Assembly (NCBI GenBank): GCA_034439575.1
Contig: JAWXAQ010000027.1
Coordinates: 160,001-224,000 of the forward strand
DNA: 64,000 nt
Reading direction: 5' to 3'
Source of the DNA: Leptospira sp.
Lineage (GTDB): Bacteria; Spirochaetota; Leptospiria; Leptospirales; Leptospiraceae
In this document: in pieces, positions 53,763 to 62,638 of the stretch
Layout: every line of letters starts with the position of its first letter
How positions within the stretch are numbered: the stretch's first letter is position 1
The notes under the pieces: model-generated
Database searches by the model: none
What the model was told of the DNA's origin: nothing
Seen by the model: the letters and a program-made list of their open reading frames with translations, nothing else
Made by a program: the position numbers and the translations under genes

Positions 53763-54397
53763 TAGATGATACCTCTAAACATATAATATAAATACTTAAT
53801 ACCTTCAAAACATACATCTTTCAGGCCTTCTTCAGATAAAAACCAATTGGAAGCCGAAAAATCCGAAGGAAATGGAAACATCGAAATTTGAACTGGCAAA
53901 GATGCCAGATTCTTTTGGTAGACTCGTAAAATACGTTTTGATTCAAATTCTTTTGTTAATACAAGCACTGATTTGATATTTTCTGAAACTGCTATTTTCA
54001 AAAGTCCTTTGGCCGCTTCGTCCGAATCCACATTTTTAGAAAGTGGCAAACGAACAATTTGAATCTTGTCTGCATCTATTTTTGTTGAAACTAAATAACT
54101 GATTAATTTTTCTTCTTTTTCGTTAACACTTATTAAACTAAAGTCCACTTTGTCTTCACGTAAGAAAATTATTAGTTTAGAAAATGTTTTCTTTTGATAG
54201 AGATTTCCGACTGCATTTAAGAATTTTTTGGAAGGCAATGAATTTGCTTCCAATACAGCTAACTCTGATTTATGAAATGGCTCCGATACTTTCAAAAAAT
54301 ATGGTGAGGCAAAAAGTAATCCCAAGCCTATAAAAATTGGGCTCAAAAAACCAAATGTGATTAATTTTAAACGAAAGTACAAATCGGATACTTGCAT
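53762..54397 (-). CDS. Membrane-anchored YdcF/DUF218-like protein (divergent)
   Basis: N-terminal TM, KSVLVLT..F...RI, C-terminal W......E.IKY.YY; 1-nt overlap with lysS. Confidence 0.55.
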   Translation of the reverse strand: MQVSDLYFRLKLITFGFLSPIFIGLGLLFASPYFLKVSEPFHKSELAVLEANSLPSKKFLNAVGNLYQKKTFSKLIIFLREDKVDFSLISVNEKEEKLISYLVSTKIDADKIQIVRLPLSKNVDSDEAAKGLLKIAVSENIKSVLVLTKEFESKRILRVYQKNLASLPVQISMFPFPSDFSASNWFLSEEGLKDVCFEGIKYLYYMFRGII

Positions 54398-54459
54398 AAG
54401 GACTCTACCTCTACCTTAACCTTGTAGGTAAGGCCTGTGACAAGAGAAAATTGAACTCC

Positions 54460-54487
54460 TTGACGAAAGAGGGCTTTTTCTTAGCCT
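54460..54487 (+). promoter_or_regulatory. Putative sigma70 promoter of tRNA-Leu
   Basis: TTGACG-16 nt-TAGCCT. Confidence 0.6.
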
Positions 54488-54512
54488 GACCAATATAAGA
54501 TCCATACTCATC

Positions 54513-54594
54513 GCTCGGATGGTGGAATTGGTAGACACGCTACTTTGAGGTGGTAGTGCCGCAAGGTGTGGGGGTTCGAGTCCCCCTTCGAGCA
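54513..54594 (+). tRNA. tRNA-Leu(GAG)
   Basis: Acceptor GCTCGGA/TTCGAGC, D loop GGAATTGGTAGAC, anticodon arm CTACT-TTGAGGT-GGTAG, variable arm GCC-GCAA-GGT, T loop GTTCGAGTC; CCA not encoded. Confidence 0.96.
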
Positions 54595-54814
54595 AACACC
54601 GGTTCAACGAAATAATTTTAAATACTAATAAAAAATGAACTCGAACAGTGGCGCGAGTTTTAAAATTGCGACCCATAGGGAGTAAATTTTAAAACAAGGA
54701 AGCCAAGGATGGCTTCCGTCGAGTGCCGCCGTGCCTCGGAGCGTTTCATCACAGGAAGTGATGAAAGCAGAGAGGTCAGAGTCCAGTATTTCTTAGCAAA
54801 CACCGGTTCAACGA
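54591..54814 (+). repeat. 20-bp direct repeat (AGCAAACACCGGTTCAACGA) at 54591-54610 and 54795-54814 flanking a structured element
   Basis: Exact 20-nt match read directly; first copy includes the last 4 nt of tRNA-Leu. Confidence 0.9.
54637..54784 (+). other. Structured non-coding element downstream of tRNA-Leu (miniature mobile element remnant or sRNA)
   Basis: Three perfect stems (11, 8 and 9 bp), two with AGGA/AGGAA loops; GC-richer than its AT-rich flanks. Confidence 0.55.
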
Positions 54815-55084
54815 TAGTTCGTAAAATTTAACTTTCTTAAAAATAGAAAACTAACTTTTTCTTTCATAGTTTTGCATAAACGTGTTATATATGGATTTAT
54901 GATTTATATGTGTCTACAGCTTAAATTAGGATGTAAATCGAAAGGAAAGTTTTTATAAAACCAATCAAGAGTTTAGGTACGATCTAATGGAGAATTATGT
55001 ATGAACTAATCGTTTCGATTCGCACATATTCTCTACTATTGTTAAAGAAATATATAGAATATCATAATAGAAACTTTGATATTG

Positions 55085-55597
55085 CTAAATGGACGACCCC
55101 CCATTTCCTTGAATATTTTCTAAATTTCGCATAAGTTTGGTTAATAGATCATTGAGAGTTTTTATTTCGTTTTCATTAAAACTTGACAAACACCTATTTT
55201 CATTTTCTGTATGCACCTTTACTGCATCTTCAATCAATGAAAATCCTTTTTTCGTGAGTATTACATTGACAACTCTTCTATCTTTCTCATCTGGTTTTCG
55301 TTCGATCAGCCCCTTTTTCTCCAATCGATCCAAACGATTTGTCATTGCCCCTGAAGATAATAACATTCCTTGCCATAACTGAGTTGGATTCAATTCATAG
55401 GGAGTGCCAGAGCGTCGAAGAGAAGCTAGTACATCAAATTCTCCCAATTTCAAATCAAAGGGTTCTAGAGCCTTTTCGACAATATTTAAAGTTCGAAGTG
55501 CTACTTGGCCAATGCGCCCAAAGACTTCCATTCCTGAAAGAGAAAGATCCGGAATTTCATTCTTCCATTGCTTTAAAATTTTATCAATTGCATCCAT
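55085..55597 (-). CDS. MarR-family regulator, PecS/UrtR type
   Basis: DAIDKILKQW, EFDVLASLRRSG.P, SSGAMTNRLDRLE, DRR. Confidence 0.9.
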   Translation of the reverse strand: MDAIDKILKQWKNEIPDLSLSGMEVFGRIGQVALRTLNIVEKALEPFDLKLGEFDVLASLRRSGTPYELNPTQLWQGMLLSSGAMTNRLDRLEKKGLIERKPDEKDRRVVNVILTKKGFSLIEDAVKVHTENENRCLSSFNENEIKTLNDLLTKLMRNLENIQGNGGSSI

Positions 55598-55617
55598 TGT
55601 TTTATCTTCATATTAAT

Positions 55618-55662
55618 TATCTTGACGTCAAAACAAATAGAAAAATATCTTGATGTTAAGAT
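55618..55662. promoter_or_regulatory. Two tandem palindromic MarR operator boxes
   Basis: TATCTTGACGTCAAAAC (55618-34) and TATCTTGATGTTAAGAT (55646-62), both variants of palindrome ATCTTGACGTCAAGAT, in the 82-bp divergent gap. Confidence 0.7.
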
Positions 55663-55679
55663 TCTTAATGGAGAGATAA

Positions 55680-56639
55680 ATGAATTTTAACAGAATTTTT
55701 TCAATTTTCCCGATCATTTTAGCTGGATTGAGTTCTTATGCTTGTTTTTCCAGAACTGCTATTCCGTACAAACAGGAAATTTTACCAATATCCTTGGAAA
55801 AACCGAAAAATGGGCTTCGTATGGAGGTTTTTTTAACCGGGAGAATGTTCGTTGATGCTTGGGCCGCTTATATCGGTGGCAAAGGCAAACTATTAATGGA
55901 CCAACCTGCCTATTTAATCACTCATCCTACTTATGGTCAAATCGCGTTTGAGGCCGGTCATCATTCGGAGATTGCGACTTCTCCTTCCGAACATTTGGGT
56001 TGGATTTATAAATTTGGACTAATGCCAATGGAACAAGACATTGGACAAGATTTCAGACAACAATTAATCAATAAAGGCAAAGATCCAAATCAGATAAAAG
56101 ACATCATCATATCTCATTTTCACCCCGAGCATGTGGGGGCAGTTGAAGAATTTCCAAAGGCGAGAATTGTAGCCGACAAGAAAGAAATCGAACATGGAAA
56201 GAAAGCACCTAACTATAACTATGTGCCTTCGGAATATGATCAAGTTCCAAATTGGTATCCGATTCAATTTTCCGGGTCACAACAATTCGCACCGTTTGAA
56301 GGTGTTTATGATTTGGTAGGAGACGGATCCATTTTGGTATTATCAACTCCAGGGCATACACCTGGTCACATTTCTTTGTTAGTTAATTTAGAATCAGGTC
56401 CCATTTTGTTAACAGGCGATATGGCATGGACAGAATTCAATTTACAAACTGCTTCGATTGGACTTCCTTTTATTTCTTCGGATGGAGAGAAGGCAAGGGT
56501 TTCACTTGGTAAGCTTTTAAAGTTCCAAAAAGTGAACCCAGATGTTTTAATTGTTCCTGGGCATGATTTAAATCCATTACGTCGTATAGATCGTAAAGGT
56601 GTAATTCTTCATCCTTGGACTTCTCAAATTGTGAGATAA
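55680..56639 (+). CDS. MBL-fold hydrolase, N-acyl-homoserine lactonase (AiiA/AttM)-like family
   Basis: SHFHPEH, DLVGDGSI..L.TPGHTPGH.SL, LTGD, PGHD; signal peptide with possible lipobox (SSYAC). Confidence 0.82.
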   Translation: MNFNRIFSIFPIILAGLSSYACFSRTAIPYKQEILPISLEKPKNGLRMEVFLTGRMFVDAWAAYIGGKGKLLMDQPAYLITHPTYGQIAFEAGHHSEIATSPSEHLGWIYKFGLMPMEQDIGQDFRQQLINKGKDPNQIKDIIISHFHPEHVGAVEEFPKARIVADKKEIEHGKKAPNYNYVPSEYDQVPNWYPIQFSGSQQFAPFEGVYDLVGDGSILVLSTPGHTPGHISLLVNLESGPILLTGDMAWTEFNLQTASIGLPFISSDGEKARVSLGKLLKFQKVNPDVLIVPGHDLNPLRRIDRKGVILHPWTSQIVR

Positions 56640-56792
56640 TGAAATACTAACAAACATTTGTTTTATTTAAAATATAAGACAATGTTTGTTAACCGCTATG
56701 CGAAAAAGGACAATGTCCAAACTAAGTATACTAAAGGAAATTTTCAATTTGGCAAAGTTAATGCTAACTTATTGACCATAGAATCGGTCGTT

Positions 56793-57983
56793 TCACTTTA
56801 CTAGCCCCTTTACATCTTTTAAAATCATCATCAAACGAAACATCATTTCAAAACTTTTATCTATATCAGTTGTGCTACCAAAATTAGCGATGATATGGGC
56901 ATCATATTCTGGCGAATAAAACATTAAGGTGGACAAAAGTCCAGAGTGACCATATAATTCTGGAGTGCCAGCCATCAAAAATAACATATCGCCGTATTTA
57001 ACGGTCATTAGGCCATAACCATAATAAATCCCATCGTGGAATTCATTTTTTCCTTTCATCTTTTGATAAATTTCAGGTCTTACTAATTTCCCACTAACTA
57101 GAGCTTTGTGGAATTTGAGTAAATCTTCTGTGGTGGAAATCAAGCCACCGCCGGCCCAGTCAGCACTCACACTTTTAAACTCGGTCACATTTGTATTTTC
57201 TAAAAACATTTGCGAAAGGGGGAGTTTTTTCGGATTTTTAGGCTCACTACGAAGATACATATAAGTGTCGTCCATTCCAAGCGGATTAAAAATTTTGTCT
57301 GAAAAGAGTGCTTCCAAATTTTTCCCAAAATGTTTTTCTAAAAGGATGCCAAGTAGTACATAACCCGTATCAGAATAATGAAATGCATCTCCAGGCTTAG
57401 ACAATGCTTTTTGATTTTTTCTAGTGAATTCAATTAATTCGAGTGGAGTCCAAAAATGGTCAGGATTTTTTGTGATTTCATGTATGACGGAAGTATTTGT
57501 TTCTCCTTCTGTTGATTCAAAATAGTCTGCGATCCCAGAAGTATGACTTAACAGTTGTCCTATGGTAACCTTATCCTTATAATCGATACCTTCAAAAACA
57601 AATAAACCATCTAGAATTTCATAACCTAAAACCTTAGAAATTGGAGTTTCTAATGTTAATTTTCCCTTTTCAATTTCTTGAAAGACCAAAACACTTACGA
57701 TAATTTTGCCAATACTTGCAATGTGAAAAGGTTGGTCTGGACTTGTGGGAATCTCTTTTCCTTCTTCCAAAACATGTCCGTAACTTTCTTTCCAATGAAG
57801 CTTCATAACATCCGAATGAACAAGTAAGCTTGCGGATTTGATTACTTTTGAATCCTTTGCTGTTTCTAGGAATCTGTTTTGTGTTTGAGTTTTAGCTTCT
57901 TCTATTGATTTGATTTGGCAGTTGAATAAAAGAAAAGGTGTTAGTAGAAAAAATAAAAATTTTGTGAATTTGGGAATGGTCAT
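56793..57983 (-). CDS. Serine hydrolase, beta-lactamase/D-peptidase family, probable lipoprotein
   Basis: F.IASIGK (SxxK), LLSHTSG, FHYSDTGY, YGHSG; lipobox LLFNC; ATG at 57983. Confidence 0.88.
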   Translation of the reverse strand: MTIPKFTKFLFFLLTPFLLFNCQIKSIEEAKTQTQNRFLETAKDSKVIKSASLLVHSDVMKLHWKESYGHVLEEGKEIPTSPDQPFHIASIGKIIVSVLVFQEIEKGKLTLETPISKVLGYEILDGLFVFEGIDYKDKVTIGQLLSHTSGIADYFESTEGETNTSVIHEITKNPDHFWTPLELIEFTRKNQKALSKPGDAFHYSDTGYVLLGILLEKHFGKNLEALFSDKIFNPLGMDDTYMYLRSEPKNPKKLPLSQMFLENTNVTEFKSVSADWAGGGLISTTEDLLKFHKALVSGKLVRPEIYQKMKGKNEFHDGIYYGYGLMTVKYGDMLFLMAGTPELYGHSGLLSTLMFYSPEYDAHIIANFGSTTDIDKSFEMMFRLMMILKDVKGLVK

Positions 57984-58014
57984 ATAACACCTAGCGCAAA
58001 TCATATTTTTGAAA

Positions 58015-58692
58015 TTAAAGCTGTTTGAATATTTTGGCTTGTTTTTTGTTTTCGGGATCGATCACTGTTTTTTCTGGATGAAAGACTATATTCCAGTATC
58101 TAATGATATAAACCACCATCCCTATTAAAACGACTAGTAACAATATATAGGCGGAAATTTCGGGCTTTAATAACAAAGAATTTTTATCTATTTCACCGAG
58201 TAGTAAATTTGGCAAAAGCATATACCATAATACAGATATGGCGACGATTCCCACTCCGAATTTCCCCCACCAATTAGGCCTACCTTGCAGTCCACGTTTA
58301 AGATACAAAAATCCACCAAGCCAAACCCCGAGAATTTCCCGAATCGTATAAACAACCAATACCCATATTGGAAATCCAAAATGATAACAAGCTACACCAA
58401 GTCCACCTAAGGTCACAAATTTATCGCAAACTGGGTCAAGGTAACGTCCGAGATTACTTTCTTGGTGGAGTAGGCGAGCAAAAAGACCATCCAGAAAATC
58501 AGTGAGAACTGCCGCCAAACAAAGCGCTATCGAAGAATAAAAGAATGTTAAATTTTCAGGAGCCTTAGCATAGGCAGATGTGGTATAAAAAAAGAAAGGT
58601 AACATAAATACTCTCGAGACAGATATTAAATTCGAAAGAGTAAAGATGCGATCTTCAAAAATTTCTTTGGCTTTTTTCCCTTGGAGTGGCAT
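58015..58692 (-). CDS. CDP-alcohol phosphatidyltransferase (PgsA-like)
   Basis: TDFLDGLFAR....SNLGRYLDPVCDK motif, multiple TMs. Confidence 0.92.
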   Translation of the reverse strand: MPLQGKKAKEIFEDRIFTLSNLISVSRVFMLPFFFYTTSAYAKAPENLTFFYSSIALCLAAVLTDFLDGLFARLLHQESNLGRYLDPVCDKFVTLGGLGVACYHFGFPIWVLVVYTIREILGVWLGGFLYLKRGLQGRPNWWGKFGVGIVAISVLWYMLLPNLLLGEIDKNSLLLKPEISAYILLLVVLIGMVVYIIRYWNIVFHPEKTVIDPENKKQAKIFKQL

Positions 58693-58755
58693 AGGTCTAG
58701 CACTTCCAGTATTTTAAAAATGTTCAAGGTGGCAAGAAAACAAATGATTTTAAAT

Positions 58756-58783
58756 TTGACTCGGAAGCCTTCCAAATTAGTCT
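58756..58783 (+). promoter_or_regulatory. Putative sigma70 promoter of tRNA-Asp
   Basis: TTGACT-16 nt-TAGTCT, 14 nt before tRNA. Confidence 0.6.
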
Positions 58784-58797
58784 GACATACGAATCAC

Positions 58798-58874
<77 letters not shown>

Positions 58875-58878
58875 TGAT

Positions 58879-59898
58879 TCATTCCACATATTCCTCTTTA
58901 TCTTTCTTAAATAGTATCAGCTTTTCATCTTCTAATTCCCGAGCTACTTGAATGATTTTATTTCTAGCTTCGTTTATCTCACGTAATGTGACGCGAGGTT
59001 TTAAATCCAATGCATCTAAGATATCGGCTGACCTATTGGCTGACATATTCTTTAAAAACTTGGCCCTTAATTCATCACCCGCTCCACGAATGGCAAGAGA
59101 GATTGAAGTATCATCTGCCAATCGATTGATAAGCACACGCATTTCTTTCGCATCCAATTGCAATATATCTTCGAACGTATAAAGTTGTTCTCTGACTTGG
59201 CTTGCCACATCCGGCGATGCTTCGTCTAATTCTTGTAATATGGATTCTTCGATTCCTTTTTCCATAAAATTGAGAATATTTGCAAGGACATGTGCACCGC
59301 CAGCTTCGGAAAATTCTCTTTTGTCCCTTTCCTCGTACCTTTTTTTAAGAATACGAGCTATGTTTTGCATCACATCGGGGTGAGTTTTGGAAGTAGTCGC
59401 GAGTCGCATGGCAATTTTGGCCTGGTCAGCCTTTGGAAATACTTTCAAAACATCGGCGGCTTTTTTGGGATCCAGATTGGAAAGGGTTACGGCAATGATT
59501 TGCGGTGATTCCGCCGCGAGTATGGCTTGTAAAATTGTTGGTTCCACACCATTTAAAAATTCAAAATCGTTTTTTGTTTCTTCTTTGTTGATTTTCTTTA
59601 AGATTACGTTGGCTTTTTCGGCTCCGACGGATCGTTCTAACAGAGTTTTGGCGGTATCTAGGCCACCTTGGGCTCCGTCTTTCAATTCGCTAATCGTTGA
59701 ATGAAATTCTGATAGAACTTGGGCTCTTTCTTCTTTCGAAATGCTTCGGATTTTTGACATTTCTAGAATCACCGCTTCAAGCATGGTATCGTCCAAGTGT
59801 TTTAGGATTTCTGCCGCCTGGTCTTGACCGAGAGAAAGAAGTAAAAGGGCGGACTTTCGGACACCTGAGGGCGTAGATGCTTGGTTGAATTTCTGCAT
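58879..59898 (-). CDS. fliG: Flagellar motor switch protein FliG (paralog outside a flagellar cluster)
   Basis: KSALLLLSLG...AAEILKHL, GG...A..LL, ESPQIIAVTLS, GG...ANILN, YTFEDI, NMSANR. Confidence 0.93.
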   Translation of the reverse strand: MQKFNQASTPSGVRKSALLLLSLGQDQAAEILKHLDDTMLEAVILEMSKIRSISKEERAQVLSEFHSTISELKDGAQGGLDTAKTLLERSVGAEKANVILKKINKEETKNDFEFLNGVEPTILQAILAAESPQIIAVTLSNLDPKKAADVLKVFPKADQAKIAMRLATTSKTHPDVMQNIARILKKRYEERDKREFSEAGGAHVLANILNFMEKGIEESILQELDEASPDVASQVREQLYTFEDILQLDAKEMRVLINRLADDTSISLAIRGAGDELRAKFLKNMSANRSADILDALDLKPRVTLREINEARNKIIQVARELEDEKLILFKKDKEEYVE

Positions 59899-60029
59899 GA
59901 GACATAATTCTTTCTTATCTCATGTTATGTCAAAAAAAACTTCACTAATGAGACAAAATTTTCTCAAGGAAACCTAAAGTCTGTACGATACCCTTTGTAA
60001 GTTTAAAAACAAAAATAGGGAAGCACCAG

Positions 60030-60239
60030 ATGGACAAAGCACACAAATTCAAAAATACATTAGAAAGATACATTCACTACAGAGGAATCGATATCGTTTT
60101 GCACTTAAAAGACGGAAAAGTCATCGAACTCGATAAAAATCGCCAAATGGAAAATGACATTGTCATTGGAAACCTTGCCAACGGCGTAGTCCGCATCCCG
60201 ATCGAAGATATTAGCAAAGCGGATTTTTTCGCCGCCTAA
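60030..60239 (+). CDS. Small hypothetical protein (69 aa)
   Basis: SD-like AGGGA, fills gap between fliG and pdhC; no family recognised. Confidence 0.65.
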   Translation: MDKAHKFKNTLERYIHYRGIDIVLHLKDGKVIELDKNRQMENDIVIGNLANGVVRIPIEDISKADFFAA

Positions 60240-60301
60240 TTATTGTTTTAAAATCCTTTGCCATGACCGGAATCCCGTATCCTGGCGAAAGGAACTTAGA
60301 T

Positions 60302-61654
60302 TTAGATACCACTTAAGAGGGCTGGATTTTCTAAGAAGGCCCGAAGAGTTCTAAGAAACTCCGCACCGATCGCTCCATCGACGACTCTGTGATCACAAGA
60401 TAACATCAGAGACAACATTTTCCCCGCAACAACTTGGCCATTTTCCACAACGGGTTTTTCTTCTATGGCACCCACCGCGAGGATTGCACTTTCTGGCTCA
60501 TTGATAATCGCAGTAAAGCGACTAATGCCGTACATTCCCAGATTGGAAATCGTAAAGGTACCGTTTGTAAATTCTTCTGGCTTTAACTTTCTATCGCGAG
60601 CTTTCTTTGCCAAATCTTTCACTTCTGCTGAAATTTGTAAGATGCTCTTTTTATCTGTATTCCGAATTACGGGTGTAAGTAGGCCACCATCCAGTGAGAC
60701 TGCAATTCCCACATCCACTCGCCCATACTGAATGATAGAATCCTCAGCCCAACTTGCATTGACTTTCGGGTGGAGTCGCAAAGAAGATGCCACCGCTTTG
60801 ACAATGATATCATTGATACTAATTTTCGGGGCTGTTTCTGGCAGATTTTTTTCTCGGAAATCATTCAATTCTTTACGAAAGTTTTCTAGATTCTTCGCAT
60901 TGATATCTGCATTTAAATAAAAATGTGGTAAATTGAGTTTAGAATCTTTTAGGCGCTTAGCAATTGTTTTACGCATGCCGCCAAGGCTAATTTTTTCATC
61001 ATTCGGCACTTCACTATTAAATGAAGAACCATTTGTTTTACCCGCTTGTTTGGAACCAAGGGAATCAAGCACATCCTTTTTTGTAATACGGCCTTCTGGA
61101 CCCGTGCCAATAATGAGATGGAGATCTAAACCTTGTTCAATGGCGATTGATTTTGCTAGAGGGGATGCAAGGACCCTTAGGTTTCCTTTTGATTCTAAAC
61201 TAGGGGTTTCTCGTTTGTTTTCAGAATCTACACTTCTTGGTAAGGAGTTTGATTTAGTTTCTCGAATGGTCTGAGTTTCTACCACAGCCTGTGTCTTTGA
61301 TTCTATTGGGACTATTTCCACCTTTTCAGAGTTTGGTGCAATGGGCGCACTTGTCTCGGTCATGGATTTCGGGGCATTGGACATTGCATTTTTTAGGAGT
61401 TCTGTGATATCCTCACCCGGTTTTCCAATAATGGCAAGCGCCATGCCAACTTTGAGTTTGGCACCTTCGCCTTCTACGATTTTAAGTAAGACACCAGAAT
61501 CATAGGCCTCCATTTCCATAACGGCCTTATCTGTTTCTACTTCGGCAAGCACGTCACCCGCTTGTACTGCTTCGCCTTCTTTTTTGATCCATTTAACAAT
61601 GGTACCCTCTGTCATCGTTGGGGAAAGTTGGGTCATTTCGATTAATTTAGCCAT
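60302..61654 (-). CDS. pdhC: Pyruvate dehydrogenase E2 dihydrolipoamide acetyltransferase
   Basis: Lipoyl domain ETDKA, E3-binding ASPLAK...GTGPEGRITKKD, TFTISNLGM, DHRVVDG. Confidence 0.96.
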   Translation of the reverse strand: MAKLIEMTQLSPTMTEGTIVKWIKKEGEAVQAGDVLAEVETDKAVMEMEAYDSGVLLKIVEGEGAKLKVGMALAIIGKPGEDITELLKNAMSNAPKSMTETSAPIAPNSEKVEIVPIESKTQAVVETQTIRETKSNSLPRSVDSENKRETPSLESKGNLRVLASPLAKSIAIEQGLDLHLIIGTGPEGRITKKDVLDSLGSKQAGKTNGSSFNSEVPNDEKISLGGMRKTIAKRLKDSKLNLPHFYLNADINAKNLENFRKELNDFREKNLPETAPKISINDIIVKAVASSLRLHPKVNASWAEDSIIQYGRVDVGIAVSLDGGLLTPVIRNTDKKSILQISAEVKDLAKKARDRKLKPEEFTNGTFTISNLGMYGISRFTAIINEPESAILAVGAIEEKPVVENGQVVAGKMLSLMLSCDHRVVDGAIGAEFLRTLRAFLENPALLSGI

Positions 61655-61663
61655 ATAAAATTC

Positions 61664-62638
61664 CTACTTTAACATCTCGCGGATTGCCGCACAAACTCGG
61701 TCCACATTGGGAAGAGTTTCTCTTTCTAAATTTGCCGCATACGACATGGGAACATCTCTTTGAGTTACCCTTTCCACTGGATGGTCCAAATAATCGAAGG
61801 CATTTTTTTGAATCAAATAGGCAATCTGAGCTCCAAATCCCGCCACAGGCCAACCTTCTTCAATCACCAAAACTTTGTTTGTTTTTTTTACGGATTCATA
61901 AATGATCGCTTCATCTAATGGGCGAAGGGTTCTTAGGTCCACAATCTCAACACTCACACCTTCTTTTTCCATTACTTTCGCCGCTTCTTCTGCGAATATT
62001 AAAGCACGAGACCAGGTAACAATCGTTAAGTCCGTTCCTTTTCTTTTGATTTCACCTTTGCCAAAAGGGATACTATATTCTTGATCGGGAACTTCGCCTT
62101 TGACTCCATATAACACTTCTGATTCGATAAAGATGGTTGGGTTATTGTCCCTGATGGATGTTTTGAGAAGCCCACAAGCATCCTTCGGTGTTGCGGGACA
62201 TACGACCTTCATACCAGGGACATGGGCATACCAAGATTCAAAGGCCTGCGAGTGTTGGGCACCAAGCCTTCCACCTACACCACCTGCACCACGAAATACG
62301 ATAGGCATAGGAAACTGGCCGCCACTCATATAATTTAGCTTAGCTGCTGAATTGATAATTTGATCAATGGCGACAAGAGAAAAATTCCAAGTCATAAATT
62401 CAATGATAGGCCTAAGTCCAGTCATGGCAGAACCAATGCCAACACCAGCAAATCCATTTTCAGAGATAGGTGTATCTATCACTCTATCTTCGCCAAATTT
62501 TTCGAGCATTCCTTGAGAAACCTTGTAAGCACCCTGGTAATGTCCTACCTCTTCCCCCATAAGATAGATTAGGGGGTCTTTTTCCATTTCTTCGACCATG
62601 GCTCGGTTTAAGGCTTCGCGGTAAGTGAGTATCGCCAT
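61664..62638 (-). CDS. pdhB: Pyruvate dehydrogenase E1 beta
   Basis: GEEV..YQGAYKV, DTPISE, EFMTWNF, AQHSQ, DLRTLRPLD. Confidence 0.97.
   Translation of the reverse strand: MAILTYREALNRAMVEEMEKDPLIYLMGEEVGHYQGAYKVSQGMLEKFGEDRVIDTPISENGFAGVGIGSAMTGLRPIIEFMTWNFSLVAIDQIINSAAKLNYMSGGQFPMPIVFRGAGGVGGRLGAQHSQAFESWYAHVPGMKVVCPATPKDACGLLKTSIRDNNPTIFIESEVLYGVKGEVPDQEYSIPFGKGEIKRKGTDLTIVTWSRALIFAEEAAKVMEKEGVSVEIVDLRTLRPLDEAIIYESVKKTNKVLVIEEGWPVAGFGAQIAYLIQKNAFDYLDHPVERVTQRDVPMSYAANLERETLPNVDRVCAAIREMLK

Noticed and set aside
54416..54676. 86-aa minus-strand ORF
   Set aside because: Antisense reading of tRNA-Leu (GGLEPP pattern) and its flank
54591..54814. CRISPR array interpretation of the 20-bp repeat
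   Set aside because: Only two copies, 184-nt spacer, overlaps a tRNA end, no cas genes
54997..55134. 45-codon plus-strand ORF with GGAG SD in the AT-rich tract
   Set aside because: No recognisable motif and overlaps the marR 3' end; could be chance
56648..56691. AT-rich inverted repeat TAACAAACATT/AATGTTTGTTA after the MBL gene
   Set aside because: Possibly a weak terminator between convergent genes, but AT-rich and imperfect inside; no further support
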